From: Chloroflexota bacterium
GTDB lineage: Bacteria > Chloroflexota > UBA11872
Reading direction: 5' to 3'
NCBI GenBank assembly: GCA_026707585.1
Contig: JAPOWQ010000025.1
Span: 120,398 to 184,397, forward strand
DNA length: 64,000 nucleotides
Shown: one piece after another, positions 49,906 to 59,014 of the stretch
Position numbering within the stretch: position 1 is the first letter of the stretch
How the letters are laid out: the number at the start of each line of letters is the position of its first letter
The notes under the pieces: generated by a model
Database searches by the model: none
What the model was told of the DNA's origin: nothing
Seen by the model: only the letters and a program-made list of their open reading frames with translations
Position numbers and translations under genes: made by a program

Positions 49906-50126
49906 GCGCCCGGCGCCGAAGGCGGTGCAACGCCAGCCAGGTTTTTCACGCCCCGGCGAAGCCATCGCCCCAGTCGCACGAGGGCTGGAGCACTTGGATC
50001 AGCTTGAACGCGGTCGAGTCTGGAGCGCCCAATGCACGTTCGCATTCATCCAATTGCTAGTCCCGAATCCAGATGCCACTATCGGGCTATCGAATTGGTA
50101 CCTGAGCGGGACAAGGATGGAAATCC

Positions 50127-50342
50127 ATGCCTGCTGACGCCGCCCCGCTTACCCGCAACGACCTGCGCAACGAGCTCGATCGCACGCTCCAGCACTACGC
50201 GACTAAAGCGGACCTGGCCGACTTGCGAGCCGACCTCCACGCCCTGGAAGCGCGCCTGATCAAGTGGATGCTCGGCCTCATGCTGAGCGCCACTGGCCTG
50301 GCCGTTGCAATCGCGGTCGCCGTCGATCGCCTGTGGACCTGA
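50127..50342 (+). CDS. DUF1640/CCDC90-like coiled-coil membrane protein, copy 3
   Basis: APLTRNDLRNELDRTLQHYATKADL, LIKWM TM tail. Confidence 0.8.
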   Translation: MPADAAPLTRNDLRNELDRTLQHYATKADLADLRADLHALEARLIKWMLGLMLSATGLAVAIAVAVDRLWT

Positions 50343-50349
50343 CGGCTCA

Positions 50350-50545
50350 CCACGGCTCGCAGGCCTTTCATCCGCCGAACCCGTAGCCCCCAAAACCGGT
50401 ACACCTAGCCTTTCGACCAGGGCGGACAACGACGTGAAGGTCCGCGCGGCGTTATCCGTCCCCTTAAGTCAGCCACAGCGACAGGGGCATCCAGCTTGAG
50501 CGAGGACTCAACTCACACGCGGACCCGGAACCCCCGGTAGCCGCT
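50350..50545 (-). ncRNA. Candidate structured non-coding RNA, family not recognised
   Basis: Four consecutive hairpins, a GAAA tetraloop and an 11-bp pseudoknot pairing; helix mismatches resolve as G-U only on the minus strand. Ends are uncertain. Confidence 0.55.
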
Positions 50546-50643
50546 CCAGACCCCTCTTCTTGGTCGGGTCGCAATCAATCCCCTCCAGGTTGGCCACCTG
50601 TCGCCTACACTCGGAGCATGCCCCGTTACTCGCCTCACCGTCC

Positions 50644-52272
50644 GTGCCTGCCGTAACTGTCGCCGACGCCATCGCCGCCTTCCTGTCGCAGCAAGGCGTC
50701 CGCCGCGCCTACGGCGTCACCGGGGGCGAGATGCTGCCGGTGCTCGACGCCCTTCAGCGCCACGGCATCGACTTCATCCTGACCCACCACGAGGCAGCTG
50801 CCGCCTACATGGCCGACACCGAAGGCCAGCTCACCGGGCGGCCCGGCGTCTGCCTCAGCACCCTCGGCCCCGGCGCTGCCAACCTCTTCGCCGGCCTCGC
50901 CCAGGCCACCCTCGAGCGGTCGCCCGTCCTCGGCATCACGGCGGACGTCACGCCCGACGAAGCCGCCGGCCAGCGGCATCAGGTCTACAACATTCCCGGC
51001 GCAATGGCTCCCGCGGTCAAATACACCGCCCGCGTCAGCCCGGACAACGTGGCAACGGTCGTCCCGGCAGCGTGGTCGGCTGCTATCCAGGGCATGCCCG
51101 GCGCGGCTCATCTGGCCGTGCCCAGCTCCACGTCCACCCTTCCCGCCTCCGCAACGCCTATTTCATCCCGGAACGGCGCGGCGACCACGCCGCCCATCCC
51201 ACCTGCTCTGGACGACGTCGAAGCACGCCTGGCCCGAGCCTGCCGCCCCGTCGCCGTCCTCGGCCTCGAAGCGCGCACGCCCGCTATCGCAGAGCACTTC
51301 GCCCACCTGGTAGACACGGCCGACATTCCCGTCGTTACCCAGGTCAAGGCCCGCGGCTGGTTCCCGGGCAGCCACCCGCTGCACGCCGGCACGCTGGCCT
51401 CATACGGATCGCGCGGCGTGTTCGAACTCATCGACGACGCCGACCTGGTGCTCGGCGTCGGCATGGACGGCGTCGATCTCATCTGGCCCTGGGACGGCCC
51501 CGCCGGCTTCAACCTCACCGCCTATGGCCTGCCGGACGGCTCGCTGCCGCACACCCCGATTGTTGGTCAGGTGGCCGCCATGCTCGAACGCCTGGCGGCA
51601 GTCGGCCGTCCTGACCACCGCGCGGACGGCGCCGCGCGCGCCGCCAGGGCGCGCCGGGCGGCTCGCCAGGATCTCCAGGCCGCCTCAGCCGGTACCGACC
51701 ACCCGGCCGATGCCCCGTCCAACGGTATCGCCGTCGACCCGCTATTCCAGGCCATTCGCGCTGTCGCTCCTACCGACACGGCCCTAATTTCCGACGTCGG
51801 CATGCACAAGCTCTATCTCGCCCAGTACTGGGACGCCCCGGCGCCGGACACCTACTTCGTGGCCAACGGCCTTTCCGGCATGGGCTGGGCGCTGCCAAGT
51901 GCTATCTCGGTCAAGCTGACGCGTCCTGATCAACCCGCCCTCGCCGTCACCGGCGACGGCGGCGCGCTCATGTTCGCCGGCGAGCTCGGAACCTTGGCCC
52001 GGCTGAGACCGCCCGGCCTCGTCTACCTGGTGCTCGTTGATGCCTCGCTCGCCCTCATCCGTCTCAAGGCCGAGCAGCTCGAACACGATCCTGTACCGAA
52101 CGACTTCCGGCCGCCCGACTTCGTCGCCCTGGCTCGCAGCTTTGGCCTCGCAGCCCAACGCGTTGATTCCCCGGCCGTCGCGGCTACAGTGGTAGGCAAG
52201 GGACTTGGAGCCTCGGAACCACTCGTTGTCGAGGTGCCCATCGACTACGGCGCCTACCAGCGCATGACCTGA
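50644..52272 (+). CDS. Thiamine pyrophosphate-binding enzyme (acetolactate synthase-like)
   Basis: HHEAAAAYMA, STLGPGAAN, SDVG, MGWALP, TGDGG. Confidence 0.9.
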   Translation: MPAVTVADAIAAFLSQQGVRRAYGVTGGEMLPVLDALQRHGIDFILTHHEAAAAYMADTEGQLTGRPGVCLSTLGPGAANLFAGLAQATLERSPVLGITADVTPDEAAGQRHQVYNIPGAMAPAVKYTARVSPDNVATVVPAAWSAAIQGMPGAAHLAVPSSTSTLPASATPISSRNGAATTPPIPPALDDVEARLARACRPVAVLGLEARTPAIAEHFAHLVDTADIPVVTQVKARGWFPGSHPLHAGTLASYGSRGVFELIDDADLVLGVGMDGVDLIWPWDGPAGFNLTAYGLPDGSLPHTPIVGQVAAMLERLAAVGRPDHRADGAARAARARRAARQDLQAASAGTDHPADAPSNGIAVDPLFQAIRAVAPTDTALISDVGMHKLYLAQYWDAPAPDTYFVANGLSGMGWALPSAISVKLTRPDQPALAVTGDGGALMFAGELGTLARLRPPGLVYLVLVDASLALIRLKAEQLEHDPVPNDFRPPDFVALARSFGLAAQRVDSPAVAATVVGKGLGASEPLVVEVPIDYGAYQRMT

Positions 52273-52301
52273 CCGCCCACCTGCATGAATCGATCGAACC
52301 C

Positions 52302-54203
52302 GTGAGCGTCGGCGTCCATTGTCGCCATCTCTGGCGCGGATCTCTGCGTCTGCTGGCGGGCGCGGCGGCCCTGGCGCTCACCGTCGTCTCCCCATCCCCG
52401 TCGCAGGCCGACGTGCTTCCCCTGCAGTCCGGCCAGACCATTCGCATCGAAGGCCAGGGCTGGGGGCACGGCGTCGGCATGTCCCAATGGGGCGCCCGCG
52501 GACGTGCCGAGGCCGGGCAGAACGCCGATCAGATTGTCCGCGCCTACTACACCGGCATCGACATCACCGACTCGCCCACCGACCAGACACCCATCCGCGT
52601 CCTGATCGACCAGGACTACCGCCCCGCTTCCATCGACGGCGCTACGGCGTCATCCAATGGTCTGGCCGGGGACATCGTCGGCGTCGGCGGCCAATGGGCC
52701 ATTTCGGGCGTCACCAATCCCCTCCCGCCCGGTGCGCGCCTGCGCCTGCTGGACCACCCGGGTGCCCACCGCGTCACCGTCCGCCTGATCGACGCCGCCG
52801 GCGGACACATGCTCGACTTCGATCTCCCCGCCCAGATCGAGGTCGTCCCCCTCGAACCTCACAGCCGCCTGCTGGTGCACTACAAGTACACCGACCAGGT
52901 TGTCGGGTCTCCGGGACAGTTTTACGACGTCTTTCGCGGTTCGATCCGTGTCTACCTCGACGCGCAGGGACTCATCGACACCGTTAACGTCGTGAGTGTC
53001 GAGGACTACCTGCTCGGGGTCGTGCCGGCTGAAATGCCCTACCACTGGCCCGCCGAGGCGCTCAAGGCCCAGGCCCTGGCAGCTCGCACCTATGCCCTTG
53101 TCAGCCTCATGCCCGGCAACCCGATCTGGGATGTCCTCGACACCACCCAGGATCAGGTCTACCTCGGCCTCAATCACGAAAAGCCCGAAACCAGCGCCGC
53201 CGTCCAGGCCACCGCGCGCCGCGTCATGACCCATGGCGGCCAGCCGATCCTGTCCTACTTCTTCAGCGCGGCCAACGGGCACACCGAATCAAACGAGGAT
53301 GTCTTTGGTGGCGCTCCACTGCCATATCTGCGCGCCGTGGCCGACCTTGATCCCAACGGCCGACCCTGGGATGCCGACTCCCCCTTGAGCACCTGGTCCA
53401 CGCCCGAGTTCTCCGCAAGTCTCCTGCATGGCCTGTACGAAGAATCGATTGGCACGCTCCATTCCCTCGATTTCAGCCGCCGTACGTCCACCGGCCGCCT
53501 CATCATCGTGGGCCTCAACGGCGACCGCGGAAGCCAGACCATCAGTGCCTGGAATTTCGCCTTGCGCTTCAACCAGCGCACCCCGCGGGAAGCCGGGCTG
53601 ATCTACAGCACCCGCTTCGCCGTCGTGCGCAACTATCCGCTGATTGAACGCGTCGCGCCCCTCAACCTGCCGGATGGGCAGTCCATCTATTTCGACGAGA
53701 CTGGGCACAACGTGCGCCACGGCTTCCTCAAGTACTTCAATGCTCGCGGCGGTGTGACCGCCTTTGGCCGTCCGCTCACCGAGGAGTTTTTTGAGAACGG
53801 CCGCGTGGTCCAGTACTTCGAACGTGCCCGTTTCGAATATCACCCCGAACTCGCGGGAACGCCCTACGAGACCCAGCTTGGGCTGCTCAACGACGCCCTC
53901 ACCGCTCCGCGCCGCCCGTTTGCCGGCGATACCCCCTTCCCCACCGTGCCCCAGCACCGCTACTTCCCCGAAACCGGCCATAGCGTGCATTTCGGCTTCC
54001 TCCAATTCTGGGAAACCCAGGGCGGCCTCGAGCGCTTCGGCTACCCCATTTCCCAGGAGGTCGTGGAGCACGGACGCACCGTCCAGCACTTCCAGCGCGT
54101 CCGCCTGGAATGGATACCCGACGCGCCGCCTGGCCAGCAGGTCCAGATAGGCAAAGTCGGCAGCGAATACATGCGCGCCTTCGGCCTCGCTCCGCCGCTC
54201 TAA
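52302..54203 (+). CDS. SpoIID/LytB domain protein with C-terminal YFxETGH repeats
   Basis: Signal peptide, GWGHGVGMSQWGA, EDYLLGVVPAEM, EALKAQALAARTY; two YF.ETGH.V..GFL...FG.P...E repeats. Confidence 0.9.
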   Translation: MSVGVHCRHLWRGSLRLLAGAAALALTVVSPSPSQADVLPLQSGQTIRIEGQGWGHGVGMSQWGARGRAEAGQNADQIVRAYYTGIDITDSPTDQTPIRVLIDQDYRPASIDGATASSNGLAGDIVGVGGQWAISGVTNPLPPGARLRLLDHPGAHRVTVRLIDAAGGHMLDFDLPAQIEVVPLEPHSRLLVHYKYTDQVVGSPGQFYDVFRGSIRVYLDAQGLIDTVNVVSVEDYLLGVVPAEMPYHWPAEALKAQALAARTYALVSLMPGNPIWDVLDTTQDQVYLGLNHEKPETSAAVQATARRVMTHGGQPILSYFFSAANGHTESNEDVFGGAPLPYLRAVADLDPNGRPWDADSPLSTWSTPEFSASLLHGLYEESIGTLHSLDFSRRTSTGRLIIVGLNGDRGSQTISAWNFALRFNQRTPREAGLIYSTRFAVVRNYPLIERVAPLNLPDGQSIYFDETGHNVRHGFLKYFNARGGVTAFGRPLTEEFFENGRVVQYFERARFEYHPELAGTPYETQLGLLNDALTAPRRPFAGDTPFPTVPQHRYFPETGHSVHFGFLQFWETQGGLERFGYPISQEVVEHGRTVQHFQRVRLEWIPDAPPGQQVQIGKVGSEYMRAFGLAPPL

Positions 54204-54269
54204 GAGACCCTTGCATAACCCCGCCTCGATCTCGAAAGCGGGGCCGCTCTTGCTCCCTCTCCCCGTGGG

Positions 54270-55533
54270 TGTGCAGACCGGGGACATCATTTACACGTGT
54301 TCGGAGACATGGTTTACACATCTGGGCATGAGATGGAGGACCGGGATGTGCCGTTTGCGGAGCGACAGGTGAGCGATTTGCGGGCCGAGTTTGTGGCGTT
54401 GGCCAGCCAGCCGGGGACCAACCGGCGAGCGCTGTGCCAACGCTTTGCGATCTCGGCGCCGACCGGCTACAAGTGGCTGCGGCGCTACGCCGCGGAGGGA
54501 CCCGCCGGGCTGCAGGACCGCTCGCGGCGGCCGCATCGCAGTCCGGCGCAGACGGCCCCGGCGACTGAGCAGGCCGTGCTGGCGCTGCGCGCCCAGCACC
54601 CCACCTGGGGGCCGCGCAAGCTGCGCGTGCTGCTGGCCCGACAGGGCGTGCAGCCGCTGCCGGCGGCCTCCACCATCACCGCCATCCTGCGCCGCCACGA
54701 CCAGCTCGACCCCGCCCAGGGCGCCGGCCAGCCGCGCGCCTGGCAACGCTTCGAGCACCCCTATCCCAACGCCTTGTGGCAGATGGACTTCAAGGGCGGC
54801 TGGCCCTGTGGGCCGGGCCGCTGCCATCCCCTGACCATCCTCGACGACCACTCGCGCTACGCCCTGGGGTTGGCCGCCGGTCCCAACCAGCGCACCGCCA
54901 CCGTGCGCGGCCACCTGGTCACGGCCTTCCAGCGCTACGGCCTGCCCGATCGCCTGCTGGTCGACAACGGCAGCCCCTGGGGCAACCACCCGGCCCATCC
55001 CTACACCCCGCTGACGGTCTGGTTGCGGCGCCTGGGCATCGCCGTCAGCCACAGCCGCCCGTACCACCCGCAGACCCTGGGCAAGGACGAGCGCTTTCAC
55101 GGCACCCTGGAGCGCGACTTCGGCCGGCAGCCGCCACGCCCCGATCTGGCCGCCTGGCAAGCCAGCTTCGACGCATGGCGCCACGAATACAACCAGGTGC
55201 GCCCCCATGAGGCGCTGGCCTTGGCCGTCCCCGCCAGCCGCTATCGCGTCAGCCCGCGGCCCTATCCGGCCGAGCTGCCGCCGCGGCCCTACGGCCCCGA
55301 CGACCAGCGCCGGCGGGTGGACGACGGCGGCCGGGTGTCGTTCCAGGGCCGGCGGCTGCGGGTCCCCAAGGGCCTGCGGGGCGAGCTGGTCGCCTTCCGC
55401 CCGACGCCCACCGACGGCTGCTGGACCCTGCACTTTATGACCGACCACTTGGCCGACGTCGATCTCCGAGAACCCGCCTAAATGTGTAAACCATGTCTCC
55501 GAACGTCTGTAAACCATGTGTCCGGTCTGGACA
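54270..55533 (+). mobile_element. IS481-family insertion sequence, complete
   Basis: TGT...ACA ends; 51-bp imperfect IRs (43/51; 54270-54320 and 55483-55533); GTGGG direct repeat at 54265-54269 and 55534-55538. Confidence 0.93.
54348..55481 (+). CDS. IS481-family DDE transposase
   Basis: GGAGG SD then GTG; HTH region, WQMDFKG, VDNG, HPQTLGKDERFH, YNQVRPHEAL. Confidence 0.95.
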   Translation: MPFAERQVSDLRAEFVALASQPGTNRRALCQRFAISAPTGYKWLRRYAAEGPAGLQDRSRRPHRSPAQTAPATEQAVLALRAQHPTWGPRKLRVLLARQGVQPLPAASTITAILRRHDQLDPAQGAGQPRAWQRFEHPYPNALWQMDFKGGWPCGPGRCHPLTILDDHSRYALGLAAGPNQRTATVRGHLVTAFQRYGLPDRLLVDNGSPWGNHPAHPYTPLTVWLRRLGIAVSHSRPYHPQTLGKDERFHGTLERDFGRQPPRPDLAAWQASFDAWRHEYNQVRPHEALALAVPASRYRVSPRPYPAELPPRPYGPDDQRRRVDDGGRVSFQGRRLRVPKGLRGELVAFRPTPTDGCWTLHFMTDHLADVDLREPA

Positions 55534-55652
55534 GTGGGAGAGGGTTGGGGTGAGGGTCTTCCGGGCAACCACCCCTCAGCGTCTCGCAACGGTCTCTGGG
55601 GGCGAACGCCCGCGGCCCTATACTCGCGCCGCCCGCCCGCCTGGACGACCGG

Positions 55653-56615
55653 ATGCCGCTCAGCTCGCACGAGCAGCAGGAGATCGACGACCTTCGCGCC
55701 GTCCAGACTCCCACCCGCCGCCTGACCGTTCAGGACCTCGAAGAAATCCTCTACCAGGCCCTGCCTGTTCTCGATCACGGCTTCGTACGCGTGGTCGACT
55801 ACATGGGCAGCGACAGCGCCGTCGTGCAGGCCGCCCGCGTCTCCTACGGCGCCGGCACCAAGCGCGCCCGCCAGGACGCCGGGCTTATTCGCTACCTCAT
55901 GCGGCACGCCCACACCACGCCGTTCGAGATGTGCGAGATCAAGTACCACGTCAAGCTCCCCATCTTCGTCGCCCGCCAGTGGATCCGGCACCGCACCGCC
56001 AGCGTCAACGAGTACTCCGCCCGCTACTCCATCCTCGACAACGAGTTCTACATTCCGGAGCCGGAACACTTGGCCGCCCAGTCCACCAGCAACCGCCAGG
56101 GCCGCGGCGACGTCCTCTCCGGCGATGAAGCCGCCCGCGTCTTTGATCTGCTTCGTTCCGACGCCGAGCAGGTCTACGCCCACTACGAGGAAATGCTCAA
56201 CGAAGATGTCCATGGGCAAGTGCTTGACGAGTCACGCCAGGGCCTCGCCCGCGAGCTGGCCCGCATGAACCTCTCCCTCGGCTTCTACACCCAGTGGTAC
56301 TGGAAGGTGAACCTCCATAACCTGCTCCACTTCCTCTGGCTGCGCAGCGACGCCCACGCCCAGTACGAAATCCGCGCCTACGCCAACGTCATGCTCGACA
56401 CCGTCCGCCGCTGGGCGCCCCTCACCTACGCCGCCTTCATGGACTACCGCGTCGGCGGCGCCAACCTCTCGGCCAGGGGCCTCGAAGTCGTCCGCCGACG
56501 CCTCCGCGGCGAACCCGTCACTCGCCGCGACGTCGGCATGTCCCCCGCCGAATGGCGTGAGCTCAACGCTCTCCTCACCGCCGACGATCCCGCCGGGGCG
56601 CCTAACGCCCGCTAG
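55653..56615 (+). CDS. thyX: FAD-dependent thymidylate synthase
   Basis: [44 protein letters not shown]. Confidence 0.97.
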   Translation: MPLSSHEQQEIDDLRAVQTPTRRLTVQDLEEILYQALPVLDHGFVRVVDYMGSDSAVVQAARVSYGAGTKRARQDAGLIRYLMRHAHTTPFEMCEIKYHVKLPIFVARQWIRHRTASVNEYSARYSILDNEFYIPEPEHLAAQSTSNRQGRGDVLSGDEAARVFDLLRSDAEQVYAHYEEMLNEDVHGQVLDESRQGLARELARMNLSLGFYTQWYWKVNLHNLLHFLWLRSDAHAQYEIRAYANVMLDTVRRWAPLTYAAFMDYRVGGANLSARGLEVVRRRLRGEPVTRRDVGMSPAEWRELNALLTADDPAGAPNAR

Positions 56616-56816
56616 TCCCTCCTGGTCCACCCCGGGCCACGCCGCCCGAGCCGGTCCAACAGTCACGCCACCAGCCGCGCGCCACGGACCCGGTGGCTGG
56701 ACCTCCCGCCGTCGCGCCGCCCGGCCCCTCGCCTCGCTTCCCTCTGCGTGCCCGGTCGCCGGCGCGCGGGAACCCCCCACTCGCGGGCGACTCGACCAAG
56801 CGAAGGCCAGTCGGCG

Positions 56817-57485
56817 CTACGCGTCGCGAACGAAAACGCTGTCGCTCACGGTCTGCCCGATCGCCACCTCGTCGGTCCCAATCCGCACCACCAGCGGTCC
56901 ATCGAAAGGCAGCCGTCGAACCACGCTGGCCTGCCTCCCCGGCACGAGTTGAATCTCCGTCAGGTATTCCAGCACCGCCCGATCGCGGTCCCGTACCCGC
57001 GCCACCACGAAGTCCGTGCCGTCGGCAACCCCCGTCAACTGCCGGGCATCGTCGGCCTGCAGCGCGTCCAGCGCCTCGTTTGGTATCGAGTCCCCGTGCG
57101 GGTCCGTCGTCGGGTCGGACACCTTGGCCGCGATCCGCCGCTCCATTTCCTCGGAAATCACGTGTTCCAGCCGGTCGGCCTCCTCGTGCACGTCGTTCCA
57201 GTCGTAGTCCAGGAACTCCACCAGGAAGCGTTCGATCAGCCGGTGATGGCGAACCATTTCCAGTGCGTGGCGCTCGCCTTCGTCGGTCAGTTGCGCCCCC
57301 TGGTACCGCTGGTAGTCGACCAGGCCCTTCTGCTGCAGGCGCTGCAGCGCCACCGTCACCGCGCCCTGCGTGAGCTTCAGTTGACCCGCCAACTCGCCGG
57401 TCCCGACACGCCGCTCGTGCCCGCCTGCGTCGTAGATCGCCCGCAGGTAGTCCTGCTCGCTGGCCGAAATCCGCGGCGCTGGCAT
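56817..57485 (-). CDS. DtxR/MntR-family metal-dependent regulator
   Basis: EQDYLRAIY, HTH, RHHRLIERFL, EADRLEH, DPHG..IP, FeoA-like C-domain. Confidence 0.93.
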   Translation of the reverse strand: MPAPRISASEQDYLRAIYDAGGHERRVGTGELAGQLKLTQGAVTVALQRLQQKGLVDYQRYQGAQLTDEGERHALEMVRHHRLIERFLVEFLDYDWNDVHEEADRLEHVISEEMERRIAAKVSDPTTDPHGDSIPNEALDALQADDARQLTGVADGTDFVVARVRDRDRAVLEYLTEIQLVPGRQASVVRRLPFDGPLVVRIGTDEVAIGQTVSDSVFVRDA

Positions 57486-57557
57486 CGTGACTTGATTGAA
57501 GGGTGGGCTCGCAACCTTACAGGTTGGCGGTGGCCGTTGACTGGCTAGACTGCCACT

Positions 57558-58532
57558 GTGGAGCACTCCAGCCCCGAGAGTCCGATTCGGACCCCTCGTG
57601 CCCGTCCGATTACCAGACGAACGCTGCTCGGCACGTTGGCCCTGGGGGCGTCGGCCCTCGCCGGTCTGCTGCCCGCCTGCGGCGAGCTACCCACCAACCC
57701 CCGGATCAGCGTCCTCCTGGCCGTCAACGAATTGCTTCCCGGTCCCCACCGCTTTCCCTTCACATTGGTGGACGGCGACGGCGGGCTGGTCACCGGCGCG
57801 AACATCAACGTGCGCTTCGTTCGCCTGATCGGGGAACGCGACGAGTTCCGCTTCGAGGCGCCGGCCCGCGAGCATGTCGCCGGCGCCAGCTACGACCACG
57901 TGCACGCGGACGGCACGGTCCACGTCCACGACCACTCACGCTCCTACTACCTGGTTTCCGACAATCAGTTCGAGGAAGGCCTTTGGCGCGCCGACCTGGA
58001 AGTGGAGCCTGCCTTCGGCTCGGCCTACGCGGCCTCGACTGCTTTCCAGGTCGGACGGCGCACCTCGGCCCCCCGGGTCGGAGACGCCGCGCCGGCCTTC
58101 GCCAATCTCACGAGCCGCGACGCACCCAACCTTGAATCCCTGACGACTGCCGATCCACCCCTCCCGGCCCTTTACGAGCACTCGATCGTCGAAACTCTGT
58201 CCCGCGCCGAACCGTTCGTCGTGGCCTTCAGCACCCCTGGCTACTGCACGTCGGCGATGTGCGGACCGGTCACCGCCGTCGTTGGCAGTCTTTCTCGGGA
58301 CTTTGGCGACCGCGTGCGCTTCATCCATCTCGAGCCCTTCGATCTCAACGTCGCCCGCACCGAGGGACGCCTCGTGTGGGGCGACGCCGCACGTGCGTGG
58401 AACTTGGAAACCGAACCCTGGGTTTTCGTTATCGACGCGTCCGGCCGCGTGGCCGCGCGCTTCGAGGGCCTGGTCGGTGCGGTCGAACTCGAACCCGCCG
58501 TCGACGCCGTGGCTGGTCCGCCGCTGAACTGA
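57558..58532 (+). CDS. Tat-type lipoprotein with His-rich loop and thioredoxin-like domain
   Basis: TRRTLL...LPAC; YDHVHADGTVHVHDH; FSTPGYCTSAMCGP; TEPWVFVID. Confidence 0.75.
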   Translation: MEHSSPESPIRTPRARPITRRTLLGTLALGASALAGLLPACGELPTNPRISVLLAVNELLPGPHRFPFTLVDGDGGLVTGANINVRFVRLIGERDEFRFEAPAREHVAGASYDHVHADGTVHVHDHSRSYYLVSDNQFEEGLWRADLEVEPAFGSAYAASTAFQVGRRTSAPRVGDAAPAFANLTSRDAPNLESLTTADPPLPALYEHSIVETLSRAEPFVVAFSTPGYCTSAMCGPVTAVVGSLSRDFGDRVRFIHLEPFDLNVARTEGRLVWGDAARAWNLETEPWVFVIDASGRVAARFEGLVGAVELEPAVDAVAGPPLN

Positions 58533-59014
58533 TGCGTCGCTTCGCCCGCCTCCTGCCGGTGGTGGTTCTTCTTTTGGCGGCGACCTCAACACCGGCCCTG
58601 GCCCACGGCGGCGACCTCGTCTACACGGGCGCCACCGGTCCGTATCAGGTCCGCGCCTTCGCCAACTGGGCCGAAGGCTGGCTCGACTACTCCATCGATC
58701 TCCGCAACGTCTCCACCGGCGCGCGCATTCCCGGCGCGAAGGTCCACGTTACGGTCTTCGAAAACGGCGTGAACATCGCCCGGTACACCGCCTTCGAGTC
58801 GGGCGCCGTCTACGAGTTTGTCGAGCCAAGCCCCGAGGAAGTCCACTGGAATCTCGTGCTGGACATATCCAGCCCCCTCGGCCCCGCCAAGCTCACCCAC
58901 GCCCTGGACCTGGCGCCCACCAATTGGGTCCTGCCCAGCGTGCTGGTCATTGGCGGCTTCTTCGCGGCCGTCGCCGCCCACACCTGGTCCGCCCGCCGCC
59001 GCGCCCGCGCCTAG
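58532..59014 (+). CDS. Secreted, C-terminally anchored protein (YtkA/FixH-like), mature N-terminal His
   Basis: Signal peptide ending ALA-HGG, beta-rich domain, C-terminal TM; TGATG overlap with the upstream gene. Confidence 0.65.
   Translation: MRRFARLLPVVVLLLAATSTPALAHGGDLVYTGATGPYQVRAFANWAEGWLDYSIDLRNVSTGARIPGAKVHVTVFENGVNIARYTAFESGAVYEFVEPSPEEVHWNLVLDISSPLGPAKLTHALDLAPTNWVLPSVLVIGGFFAAVAAHTWSARRRARA

Larger units (their letters stand above)
54204..55596. repeat. About 124-bp MITE/REP-like element interrupted by the IS
   Basis: Terminal inverted repeats GAGACCCTTGC (54204-54214) / GCAACGGTCTC (55586-55596); rejoined core CCCTCTCCC-CGT-GGGAGAGGG-TTGGGGTGAGGG. Confidence 0.6.

Noticed and set aside
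50350-50545. Resemblance to guanidine-I (ykkC), c-di-AMP (ydaO) or lysine riboswitch words
   Set aside because: Only short partial matches; key conserved segments are missing and no adjacent minus-strand gene lies downstream.
54297-54347. Transposase start at 54297 from the ORF track
   Set aside because: It lies inside the left inverted repeat; GTG 54348 has a GGAGG SD and gives the typical MP(F/W)xE start.
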